Positions 10,107 through 18,525 of a DNA stretch of 64,000 nt are shown here, piece after piece. The notes beneath the pieces are model-generated. The model searched no databases and was not told the origin of the DNA. It was given only the letters and a program-made list of their open reading frames with translations. The first letter of the stretch is position 1; each line of letters opens with the position of its first letter. The stretch covers positions 64,001 to 128,000 of the forward strand of contig JBDGTS010000008.1 of assembly GCA_042216675.1 (NCBI GenBank), read 5' to 3'. Made by a program: the position numbers and the translations under genes. The stretch is from Halobacteriaceae archaeon. Its GTDB lineage: Archaea; Halobacteriota; Halobacteria; Halobacteriales; Halobacteriaceae.

Positions 10107-12479
10107 ATGACCGGGTGGCGCGACGTCTTCGGGCACGAGCGACCCTACGACGACCAGGTCGACGGCATCGAAACGGCCGTCGACACCGCCCGCGATGGCG
10201 GTTTCACCGTCGTCGAGGGCGCCTGCGGTACGGGCAAGACGATGCTGGCGCTCACCGCCGGCATCTCGCTCGTGCGCGACCCCGACACCCGATTCGAACG
10301 CGTGCTGGTCCTGACGAGCGTCAAACAGCAGCTCCGCCAGTTCGAGGCCGACCTCGCCACCATCAACGAGAACCGCCCCGACGACTGGGACCCCGTGTCG
10401 GGGCTGACCCTCGTCGGGAAGGGCGACCTCTGCCTGTACAACCGCGAGGGCGCGGGCGGCGTCACCGACGACAACGTGTACGAGCGCTGTGACTCGCTTC
10501 GGGACCGCACTCGCACGCTCACCGGCGACGGCGGCGCGACGACGGCCGCGGCCCTCGCGTCCGACGCCCGCCGCCAACAGGTCGGTCTCCAGTCCGACGC
10601 CGCTTACCTCGAAACCGCCGACGAACCGTCGCCGTACCCGCCGGGGATGCCCGAGTACGAGGACACGGAGTTCTGCCCGTTCTACGCGCAGTATCTCGAC
10701 GACGTGCCGGAGGACGGCGACCCGCGCGAGGCCGTCCCCATCGACCTCTCGTCGGCCGGACACCTCGACGCCGAGGCGCTGGTCGCGCGGTCCGTCGAAC
10801 ACGGCACTTGCCCACACTCCGTGATGGGCGCCGCGCTGGGGAGCGTCGAGGTCGTCGTCGGCAACTACTACCACGCGTTCGACCCGCGCACGACGTCGAC
10901 GATGACCGGCGCACTGCTCGACGACTCCACCTTCGTCGTCTGCGACGAGGCGCACATGCTCGAACCGCGGGTCAGGGACCTCGTGAGCGAGGGCGTCGGC
11001 GACCGAACCCTGCGGGACGCCGTCGCGGAACTCACCCGCGTCGTGCAGGCCGCGCGGGCCGCCGGCGAGGTGACCGGCCCCGCCGACCCCGCCATCGTGC
11101 GCGGCGAACTCGCGGACGCCGACCTCTCTGCAGACGACTTCGCCCGGACCCGCGAGTTCATGCGTGACCTCCGCGAGGAACTCGACCGGCGGGTGACGGC
11201 GCACCTCGATAGCGAACACGACGGCTGGCGCGGCAATCTCCGAAACCTTCCGGACGGCGAGATTCCGCTCCGAGACCCCGAGACGCCCGAACCCGACGAA
11301 CTCACCGAGTGGGCGGACGAGGCGGGGTATGCGGACGAGTGGGCGCGCGCCGAGGCCGTCGGTGCGATGGCCGCGCACGTCCTCGACGCCGCGGAGGACG
11401 AGGAGCGACAGCGTGCCTGCCTCGCCGCCGGCCGCGCCCTCGCGGCGTGGGGCCGCAACGACCACGAGCGCTACTTCCGGGAAATCAGTCTCGAACGGAC
11501 GTGGGACACCACCGAACCCGACGGCGCGTGGCGCCGCGCGTACAACGCCCGCCTCGACCTGCAGAACTGTCTCCCCGGCGACGCCATCGGCGAGCGAATC
11601 GCCGAGTTCGGCGGTGGGGTGCTGATGAGCGCGTCCCTCGCGCCCCTCGACGTGTTCGAGTCCGTGACGGGCCTCGACGACTTGCCCGAGGACCGCCCGG
11701 TCGCTGAGCGCCGCTACGGGCTCTCGTTCCCCGCCGAGAACCGGGCGAGTTTCGCCGTCGACGCGCCGAAGTTCACCTACGACAACCGCGGTGCGCCGGG
11801 CGAGTCGAATCGTACCCGGCGCACCTACGCCGACGCCGTGCGCGAGGTGGCGCGGAGCCCCGGCAACGTCCTCGTCGGGATGCCGAGTTACCGCGAGGCC
11901 GAGTGGATGGCGGGCGAACTCGACGGCGCCGTCGCGAAGCCGGTGCTGTTGGACGAGGCCAGCGACGACGGCGCGACGGAGCAACTGAAGGAGTCCTTCT
12001 TCGCCGGCGAGGCCAAGGTGCTGGTCACCAGCCTCCGCGGGACGCTCACCGAGGGCGTCGACTACCGCGGGGATCGTCTCGGCGCGGCGGTGGTCTGTGG
12101 CGTCCCGCTCATCAACACCGCCAGCCCACGGACGCGCGCGCTCCGCACTGCCTACGACGACGCGTTCGGCGACGGTCCCGCGAGCGGAGCGAGCGGGAGC
12201 CAGCGGGGCGGCACGTCCCGCAGCGGGTTCGAGACGGCGCTGACGGTGCCCGCCGTGCGCAAGGCCAGACAGGCGCTCGGGCGCGTCATCCGCGGTCCCG
12301 AGGAGGTGGGCGTCCGCGTCCTCGTGGACGGCCGCTACGCTCGCGATGGGTGGGACAGCGTGCGCGAGTTCCTCCCGCCGGAGGAACGAGAGGAGTACCG
12401 CACCGTCAGCCCGGACATGCTCGGACTGGGGCTGGACCGCTTCTGGGAGCGCCACGGTGAGACGCGCGAGAAACCGTAA
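10107..12479 (+). CDS. rad3: Rad3/XPD (DinG family) Fe-S ATP-dependent DNA helicase
   Basis: Q-motif PYDDQ, GACGTGKT, four Fe-S Cys, DEAH, SASL, TEGVD, QALGRVIRG. Confidence 0.92.
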   Translation: MTGWRDVFGHERPYDDQVDGIETAVDTARDGGFTVVEGACGTGKTMLALTAGISLVRDPDTRFERVLVLTSVKQQLRQFEADLATINENRPDDWDPVSGLTLVGKGDLCLYNREGAGGVTDDNVYERCDSLRDRTRTLTGDGGATTAAALASDARRQQVGLQSDAAYLETADEPSPYPPGMPEYEDTEFCPFYAQYLDDVPEDGDPREAVPIDLSSAGHLDAEALVARSVEHGTCPHSVMGAALGSVEVVVGNYYHAFDPRTTSTMTGALLDDSTFVVCDEAHMLEPRVRDLVSEGVGDRTLRDAVAELTRVVQAARAAGEVTGPADPAIVRGELADADLSADDFARTREFMRDLREELDRRVTAHLDSEHDGWRGNLRNLPDGEIPLRDPETPEPDELTEWADEAGYADEWARAEAVGAMAAHVLDAAEDEERQRACLAAGRALAAWGRNDHERYFREISLERTWDTTEPDGAWRRAYNARLDLQNCLPGDAIGERIAEFGGGVLMSASLAPLDVFESVTGLDDLPEDRPVAERRYGLSFPAENRASFAVDAPKFTYDNRGAPGESNRTRRTYADAVREVARSPGNVLVGMPSYREAEWMAGELDGAVAKPVLLDEASDDGATEQLKESFFAGEAKVLVTSLRGTLTEGVDYRGDRLGAAVVCGVPLINTASPRTRALRTAYDDAFGDGPASGASGSQRGGTSRSGFETALTVPAVRKARQALGRVIRGPEEVGVRVLVDGRYARDGWDSVREFLPPEEREEYRTVSPDMLGLGLDRFWERHGETREKP
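12174..12224 (+). repeat. 51-bp twin-hairpin element in frame within rad3
   Basis: TCCCGC-GA-GC-GGA-GC-GA-GCGGGA, GCCA linker, GCGGGGCG-GCA-CGTCCCGC; follows GGCGAC. Confidence 0.65.
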
Positions 12480-12511
12480 ACGAAAACCCCCTTCCCTGTG
12501 TCGGGTGGAGT

Positions 12512-12679
12512 ATGGAATTCCGCACTCGCGTGGCCCTCGGCGCGGTGACGGCCGTCGCGGCCGTCGTCGCCGGGTTCGTCACGCTCGGTCCCGCGCCTCG
12601 CCTCGCCCTGTTCCTGACCCTGATCGTGTTGGCCTACGCGTACGGGCCGACGGTCTGGAACGGCGTCCCGTCTAACTGA
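12512..12679 (+). CDS. Small 2-TM membrane protein (55 aa)
   Basis: Translated by eye: MEFRTRVALGAVTAVAAVVAGFVTLGPAPRLALFLTLIVLAYAYGPTVWNGVPSN; below ORF-track cutoff. Confidence 0.6.
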   Translation: MEFRTRVALGAVTAVAAVVAGFVTLGPAPRLALFLTLIVLAYAYGPTVWNGVPSN

Positions 12680-12887
12680 CTCGCTGGACGCGGTAGTAGT
12701 CGGTGAACTTCACGAGGTCGTAGTCCGCGAGCGACGCCTCCGCGGCGTCGGCGACGTCCGCGGCGCCGTCCGCCGCCGCCAGCGCCGGCAGTTCCTCTTT
12801 CGCTTTCTCGCCGAGTTCGTCGTAGTGTCCGACTCGCGCGCTTTCAGGTACAGATTCGACCGTTCGGAGTTCGACTTTCGCGACCAT
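12672..12887 (-). CDS. Small acidic haloarchaeal hypothetical protein
   Basis: HYDELGE...LVKFTDYYRV pattern, acidic composition; AT-rich promoter region upstream. Confidence 0.7.
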   Translation of the reverse strand: MVAKVELRTVESVPESARVGHYDELGEKAKEELPALAAADGAADVADAAEASLADYDLVKFTDYYRVQRVS

Positions 12888-13107
12888 GTTATGCAATCAC
12901 TTGCCTCTACGTATGGAGTCGAACCATTTCAACCTTTTCTGGGGAAATAATTCGTGAACGTCATCCCGAACGGGGATATTTGCCGGGAAAATAGGCGTAT
13001 GTACACCTCCTGAGCCCTTCCCGACATTCGGTATCGATTGGCACTAGCGGCCGTGGCGCACCCTCTGCACGGCGATTTGGTGTCCCGAGTCGGCTCTTTG
13101 CGCCCGC

Positions 13108-13317
13108 TCGCCGTCCGGCTTTTCGACCCCTCTCTCCGGTCTCATCAGAACGCAGAGCGTTCTGGTTGGCTCACGAGACGCTCTGCGTCTCGCGAACGTC
13201 GCCAGAAAGGTCCGGGTGCGAGAATCGAACCCGATGGCGAGACTCGCGTCGCTCGTCTCGCGTGGTTCGATTTCGCTGTCCGGCTTTTCCACTCCTCCCG
13301 CTGGTCGTCGTGAAAAA
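13108..13317 (-). repeat. tRNA-His downstream composite repeat (3'-end duplication, antisense T-arm, hairpins)
   Basis: 13210-13233 identical to 13318-13341 (24 bp); 13108-13124 matches 13273-13289 (16/17); hairpins 13146-13164, 13174-13192, 13237-13261. Confidence 0.85.
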
Positions 13318-13390
13318 GTCCGGGTGCGAGAATCGAACCCGCGTCCCAGCCTCCACAAGGCTGGAGGATAACCACTACCCCAACCCGGAC
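13318..13390 (-). tRNA. tRNA-His (GTG), with encoded G-1
   Basis: GTCCGGGTTGGGGTAGTGGTTATCCTCCAGCCTTGTGGAGGCTGGGACGCGGGTTCGATTCTCGCACCCGGAC; anticodon arm CAGCC-TTGTGGA-GGCTG; C73. Confidence 0.96.
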
Positions 13391-13469
13391 ACGCACCCGT
13401 CGCTTAGCCGGTTGACGGTAAAACGGTTACGTTACGCTTTTGCGCCGGGGTCGCCTAAGACCGGGCAAC

Positions 13470-13922
13470 GTGGCGATTACGGACAAAATCTACGTGAAGA
13501 ACCACCGGCAGTTGAGCGCGCAACTCGACACCAACATCCCCCGGAGCGCGTTCAGCGGCGCGACCCTCGACATGCTGTTTCAGGGCGAGAACCTCGCCAC
13601 CCTCGACAGCGCCACCCGGGACCGCGTGCTCGACTTCGCGGAGGACTTCCTCGATTGCGACTGCGACGCGAACCCCTACTGCGGCCACCCCGAGGAGAAG
13701 TTCATCCGCTACCTGCTGGAACTCCGCGCGCAAGGCCTCGACCCCGAGGCGATGGTCGACGTGATGACGGACGACTACATGGTGTACGCCTACAGCGGGG
13801 ACATCCTCTCCTTCCTCGACGACGCCGTGCGAACGCTCGACGCGGTGGAGTCGCTGGCGTCCGTCGAGGGGCACGACGAGGTGGCCGAGCGTGCGGACCA
13901 GCGCCGGCGCTCGCTCCTCTAG
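13470..13922 (+). CDS. Conserved haloarchaeal protein (DUF5814-like, CDC..PYCG)
   Basis: GTG start at 13470; AITDKIYVKNHRQL, DFLDCDCDANPYCGHPE. Confidence 0.75.
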   Translation: MAITDKIYVKNHRQLSAQLDTNIPRSAFSGATLDMLFQGENLATLDSATRDRVLDFAEDFLDCDCDANPYCGHPEEKFIRYLLELRAQGLDPEAMVDVMTDDYMVYAYSGDILSFLDDAVRTLDAVESLASVEGHDEVAERADQRRRSLL

Positions 13923-14332
13923 CGCTCGAACTCTATCTGGTCGAAAATCCGCTCCTCGTCGGCGGCGTCGAGGTCGTCGAGGTGGACGACCTCCTCGGCG
14001 TCGTCGGCGGATTCGAGGCGGTCCTGCAGGTGGGTGATGTACGCCTTGTGCTCTTCGAGTTGCTCGCGGAGGTGCTCGGCTTCGAGTTCGAGCCGTTCGT
14101 GCTCGCGGACGAAGCTCTTTGGCACCTCCACGGTCGGCGGGAACTCGTGGCCCTCCGTGGCGTCGTGGTCCTCCGGGACGACGTCGACTTGTCCCTCGTG
14201 GGCGACGAGGCTGTCCACGTAGTCGCGGAACACCGCCGACAGCGAGAGGTCACGCTCCTCGGCGATGTCGCGAAGCGCCTCGAAGGAGTCCTCGTCCACG
14301 CGGAACGAGACGGTTTTGTTCTTGCTCCCCAT
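13919..14332 (-). CDS. CopG/ribbon-helix-helix protein with coiled coil
   Basis: KNKTVSFRVDE..FEAL..IAEERDLSLSAVFRDY RHH pattern; downstream of rpa operon. Confidence 0.8.
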   Translation of the reverse strand: MGSKNKTVSFRVDEDSFEALRDIAEERDLSLSAVFRDYVDSLVAHEGQVDVVPEDHDATEGHEFPPTVEVPKSFVREHERLELEAEHLREQLEEHKAYITHLQDRLESADDAEEVVHLDDLDAADEERIFDQIEFER

Positions 14333-14369
14333 CGACAAGGGATTCGCGGCGCGAAAACTTAAGGATTCG

Positions 14370-14966
14370 TCAGACGCCGTCCGCGACTTCGGCCGAAGAC
14401 TCCTCGTCGAGGCTCTCCAGCGCCGAGACGACCGAGTCGTGATACCGGCTCACCGGCACGTCGTACTGCTCTTCGGCCATCCGGGCGTACTCGTTGGCCT
14501 CGTCGTCGAAGGCCTCGATGCGGTCGAGGGTGCGCTCGGCCGTCTCCACGACCCAGCGGTCCCGCGTCGCTGCGTCGACTTCCGTGATGGATTCGGGTCG
14601 GAGAGAGACGTTCACGTCGCCCTCGTCCGTCTCGTAGGTCCGGGGTTTGCCGACGATGGCGACGTAGTGTGGCGGTTCGGCCTCGCGGAGGAAGCCCGCC
14701 GCGTCGGGCTGATACTGGCCGGCGTACATGTAGAACGTGCCGGAGGGGTCGACCACGCGACCCTGCCAGTACTCGCTGTCCTCGCCGACGTCTTCGGTTT
14801 CGGTCAGGGTGCCGACCACGAAGACGCGGTTGGCCTGTTCGCCCGTCGGGAGCAGGACGTACAGCGGCGCCCGCTCGTCGTCGGACTCCTTGAACGTGTA
14901 GTGTGCGTCGTTGAACTCGTCGGCGAAGACGCGGCGCGCGACTTCGCGGGTGGGTGTGGAACTCAT
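14370..14966 (-). CDS. rpap3: RPA-associated protein (OB fold)
   Basis: REVARRVFA.EF, LLPTG..ANRVFVVG, YAGQYQP; coupled to rpa gene. Confidence 0.82.
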   Translation of the reverse strand: MSSTPTREVARRVFADEFNDAHYTFKESDDERAPLYVLLPTGEQANRVFVVGTLTETEDVGEDSEYWQGRVVDPSGTFYMYAGQYQPDAAGFLREAEPPHYVAIVGKPRTYETDEGDVNVSLRPESITEVDAATRDRWVVETAERTLDRIEAFDDEANEYARMAEEQYDVPVSRYHDSVVSALESLDEESSAEVADGV

Positions 14967-15907
14967 TGGATCGACCTCGCCGTGATGAGGACGCTCTCGG
15001 CGTCCGCGGGTTCGTCGAGCAGCTCGGTGTCGTTCGCGAGCAGGTAGCGCCCCATCGTCGGGCCGGAGACGCGGTAGTAGCGCCCCAGCGTGTCGGCGGC
15101 CATCTCCTCGGCCACGACGGTCGTGTCGAGGGCGTCCATCGCCATGTCCTTGGCCTCCTCGAGTTCGATGCCGGTCAGGTCCTCGGTGGCCTCCCGGTCG
15201 AAGATGACCTCGTGGACCTCGGTGCCGTCGTCGATGACGCCCTTGATGCGCAGGTCGAACTCGCCCTCGACTTCACCGTGTTCCGAGCACCGGCCGTTCT
15301 GGAGGACGCGGGTGCAGTCCTCCTCGGGACAGCGCTTGATGAGGCCGCTTCCGGACTGGATGTCCACGAGTGCGCCCTCGATTTCCTCGTCGCCGTCGCC
15401 GACTTCGAGGTCCTCGTCCACCGCGTCGACGGTGGTGGTCCGGTTGAGTTTCACCGAGAACCGGCCCTCGTACTCGTCGGTCACGACGTTCTGTAGGTGG
15501 TACACCTCCCCCTCGGCGAGGTCGGGCAGGTCGGACTTGGCCCACGCGGTGAACTTCACCGTTCCCGTGGGGTCGCCGAGCAGTCCGACCTGTCCGACGG
15601 CGTCGCTTCGGGCCTCCCAGAGGTCGACGACCTTCGCGGTCAGGTCGACCCACTGTTCGGCCGCGTCGATGTCCTCGATCCGGACGGTCTCGTTGCCGCC
15701 GCCGCGCCCCCCGAGTTCGTCGCGTTCGAGGCCCGCCTCGTCGAGGTAGTGGCTGACGACGGAGCGGCGCGCCTCGTCGACGGGCACGCTGTACTCCTCG
15801 ACGAGCGTTTCGAGTCGGTCGAGTATCTCCTCGACGGTGACGTCGAGGTGGTCCGAAAACTGGTCGTGTACCTCGTCGGCGTGGGTACGTAGGTCTGTGT
15901 CGCTCAT
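14963..15907 (-). CDS. rpa3: Replication protein A (OB folds plus zinc finger)
   Basis: QVGLLGDPTGTVKFTAW OB fold; RCPEEDCTRVLQNGRCSEHG; DLRIKGVIDDG. Confidence 0.88.
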   Translation of the reverse strand: MSDTDLRTHADEVHDQFSDHLDVTVEEILDRLETLVEEYSVPVDEARRSVVSHYLDEAGLERDELGGRGGGNETVRIEDIDAAEQWVDLTAKVVDLWEARSDAVGQVGLLGDPTGTVKFTAWAKSDLPDLAEGEVYHLQNVVTDEYEGRFSVKLNRTTTVDAVDEDLEVGDGDEEIEGALVDIQSGSGLIKRCPEEDCTRVLQNGRCSEHGEVEGEFDLRIKGVIDDGTEVHEVIFDREATEDLTGIELEEAKDMAMDALDTTVVAEEMAADTLGRYYRVSGPTMGRYLLANDTELLDEPADAESVLITARSIQ

Positions 15908-15999
15908 GCGTGTGCTGTCTCCGCTCGTTTTTCCGATGGGAGACGGACGGAAGTTGGTCGCCTCCGTATTTAAAGTCTCGGGCGGCCGCCGTCCATCGA

Positions 16000-16785
16000 T
16001 TACGACCGCGTCCGGCCGCCGTCGACAGGTATCGCAGTACCCGTGACGAAACTTGCTCGCTCACTTGCGAGGAAGGCCACCACGTCGCCTAACTCCCGCG
16101 GGTCGCCGACCCGGTCGAGGGGGACGCTCGCGGCCTTGTCGGCGAGGCCCGCCTCGTAGTCCTCGTAGCGGCCCGCCTCGACGTCCGCCTCGATGATGTC
16201 CGCGAGGCGCCCCGTCTCGTGGGGACCGGGCATGACGACGTTTGCCCGCACGTCGGGCGCCCACTCCCGTGAGATGGTCTTGATGGTCCCGACGACGCCG
16301 CGGCGTACCGAGTTCGAGAGCGCGATGCCGTTTATCGGCTCTTTCACGCTCGTCGAGGTGATGGCCGTCACCGTCCCCGCGTCGCTCTCGACGAGGTGGT
16401 CGTGGCACTCGTGGAGGGCGTAGACCACGCTCATCACCAACAGGTCGTAGGCCTCCTGCCAGTCTTCGGGGTCGGCGTCGAGGACGGACCCCGGCGGCGG
16501 CCCGCCCGCGGAGGTGACGAGGTGGTCGACGCCACCGAACTCCTCGACGGCGGCTTCGACGACTGTCGCCACGTCGTCGCGGTCGGTGACGTCCGCCTGC
16601 ACGCCGCGGACACCCCCCGCGGCCACGTCGCGCACGTCCGCCACGCCGGCGTCCAGTCGGTCCGGGTCGCGTCCACAGAGGACGACGTTCGCGCCCGCGG
16701 CCGCCAGCGACTCGGCGCTGGCCTTGCCGAGGCCGCTCGAACTCGCCAGTACGACGGCCGTCTCGCTATCGAGTCCAGTGTCCAT
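16000..16785 (-). CDS. SDR family oxidoreductase
   Basis: LASSSGLG, AGGPP, SNSVRRG, ASFVTGTAIPVDGG. Confidence 0.92.
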   Translation of the reverse strand: MDTGLDSETAVVLASSSGLGKASAESLAAAGANVVLCGRDPDRLDAGVADVRDVAAGGVRGVQADVTDRDDVATVVEAAVEEFGGVDHLVTSAGGPPPGSVLDADPEDWQEAYDLLVMSVVYALHECHDHLVESDAGTVTAITSTSVKEPINGIALSNSVRRGVVGTIKTISREWAPDVRANVVMPGPHETGRLADIIEADVEAGRYEDYEAGLADKAASVPLDRVGDPRELGDVVAFLASERASFVTGTAIPVDGGRTRS

Positions 16786-16835
16786 ACGCCCTCAAACACT
16801 CGTCGTCGCGTAAAACTGACGCCCTGTCGCCGGAA

Positions 16836-17321
16836 CTACCCGCCCCAGAAGTTGTCGCGACTGCCCAGTTCCGGCGGACGCCCGGGGCCGCTTTCCTCCT
16901 CGCCCTCGGTTTCCGCCTCGGATTCCGTCTCCTCGCTCTCGTCTTCTGCGCTTCCTTCCTGTTCCCCTTCTTCCCCCTCCTCGCCCTCCATCGGGAGGCG
17001 TTCGACCACGTCGCCGCGGGCGTAGTTGGGCTTCACCGTGTCCACCTTCACGCGGGCCCGCGCCTCGGGCAGGACGCCATCGACCATCACGACGAAGCCG
17101 TCCTCGGTGTGGCCGATGCCGGCGCCGCTCTCGTGGAGGTCCGTGATGTCCACGACGACTTCCTCGCCGGGCACGACGGGGGCCGTCTTCAGTTCCTCGA
17201 TGGGCTGTTTGTAGTGGTTACACCACTCCTTGCCCCCGCGGTCACCGTAGTACTGACACCCCATGCCCTCTATCCGCTCGGTGAAACTGGGGCAGTCGTC
17301 GGCGATAGGGCAGTCTGCCAT
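16836..17321 (-). CDS. TRAM-domain protein with N-terminal Cys-rich segment
   Basis: MADCPIADDCP...C...WCNHY, then ESGAGIG..EDGFVVMVDG TRAM domain, acidic tail. Confidence 0.82.
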   Translation of the reverse strand: MADCPIADDCPSFTERIEGMGCQYYGDRGGKEWCNHYKQPIEELKTAPVVPGEEVVVDITDLHESGAGIGHTEDGFVVMVDGVLPEARARVKVDTVKPNYARGDVVERLPMEGEEGEEGEQEGSAEDESEETESEAETEGEEESGPGRPPELGSRDNFWGG

Positions 17322-17454
17322 AGGACCATTAGCCGTGGCCGCGTCTAAACCCTTGCGCCTCCCCGTCTCCGGGCCGGCACGCTCCGCTCGCGGTCCCGCC
17401 CCCCTCACCCCCGGCCCCGAAGACAGATAAGGCACCACGGGCTACCTCCCGTCG

Positions 17455-18525
17455 ATGCTGCTGGTCCTCTGTGTCGACCTCGACGACGACATCGGCCGCA
17501 AGGCCGGCGTCGAGACGCCCGTCGTCGGCCGCGACGCCGTCGAGGAGGCGGCGGTGTCGCTCGCCACCGTCGACCCGGAGGACAGCGACGTGAACGTACT
17601 CTTCGAAGGCGTCCACATCTACGACGACATCACCGACGAGACGGTGGCCGTCGCCGCCGTCACCGGCGTCGAGAGCGGCGGCGTGACCGCGAACCGCCGC
17701 GTCGGCGAGGAGATCGACCAAGTGCTCGCGGGGCTGGAACCCGACGACCCCGTCCGAGCGCTCGTCGTCTCCGACGGCGCACAGGACGAGAGCGTCCTCC
17801 CGGTCATCCGCTCACGGATGGACGTCGACGGCGTCCGCCGCGTCGTCGTCCGGCAGGCCGAGGACCTCGAATCGATGTACTACACCATCAAGCAGGTCCT
17901 CGACGACCCCGAGACGCGCGGGACGATTCTCGTTCCGCTCGGCATCCTCCTGTTGGTGTACCCGTTCGCCCTCCTCGCCGACGTGGTGGGCGTCCGCGGG
18001 AGCGCCGTCGTCGGCCTCACGTCGGCGCTTCTGGGTCTCTACGCCCTGTTTCGGGGGCTGGGGCTGGAACGCGCCCTCGACGGCGTGGTGAGGCAGGTCC
18101 GCAACGCCCTCTACGCCGGCCGGGTGACCTTGCTCACCTACGTCGTCGCCACCGCCCTCCTCGTCATCGGTGGCGTCGAGGCCGTCGACCAACTGGAGGC
18201 CGTCCAGCGCCGCGGCGACCCCTCGGGAACCACGGTGTTGGCGGCGCTCGTGTACGGCGCTGTGACGTGGTTCGCCGCGGCCGGCCTCACGTCGAGCCTC
18301 GGCCAGATAACCGACGAGTATCTGGCCGGCCGGTTCGAGTGGCGCTATCTGAACGCGCCGTTCTACATCCTCGCCATCGCGGCCGTCCTCCACGCCGTCT
18401 CGGGGTACTTCCTCGGACGCACGTCTCTCACCTACCTCGCGGCGATGCTGACGGCGGGGACGCTGCTGGGCGTGATGAGCACGCTCGCGTTCGCCGTCGT
18501 GGAGTCGTGGCGGGCGCCCGCCTAA
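17455..18525 (+). CDS. DUF373 family membrane protein
   Basis: LVLCVDLDDDIGRK, DPEDSD.N, VSDGAQDE, C-terminal TMs. Confidence 0.88.
   Translation: MLLVLCVDLDDDIGRKAGVETPVVGRDAVEEAAVSLATVDPEDSDVNVLFEGVHIYDDITDETVAVAAVTGVESGGVTANRRVGEEIDQVLAGLEPDDPVRALVVSDGAQDESVLPVIRSRMDVDGVRRVVVRQAEDLESMYYTIKQVLDDPETRGTILVPLGILLLVYPFALLADVVGVRGSAVVGLTSALLGLYALFRGLGLERALDGVVRQVRNALYAGRVTLLTYVVATALLVIGGVEAVDQLEAVQRRGDPSGTTVLAALVYGAVTWFAAAGLTSSLGQITDEYLAGRFEWRYLNAPFYILAIAAVLHAVSGYFLGRTSLTYLAAMLTAGTLLGVMSTLAFAVVESWRAPA

Noticed and set aside
10026-12455. 923-aa minus-strand ORF and other long antisense ORFs (21968-23944, 26103-27986, 27998-29566, 57634-59130 and others)
   Set aside because: Shadow frames of GC3-biased genes with V/L/R/G-rich composition and no motifs; only 9684-10025 is kept
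12897-13100. AT-rich stretch with GGGGAAATA-like near-repeats (possible origin or operator)
   Set aside because: No ORB consensus or adjacent orc/cdc6 gene; repeats too short and degenerate
13210-13233. tRNA 3' duplications (also 56867-56889) read as the att ends of a provirus or genomic island
   Set aside because: Only about 85 and 127 bp lie between the copies and there is no integrase or viral gene in the window; reported as mini-elements instead
13108-13341. Possible CRISPR mini-array
   Set aside because: Only two repeats, identical to the tRNA end; spacer too long and structured; no cas genes
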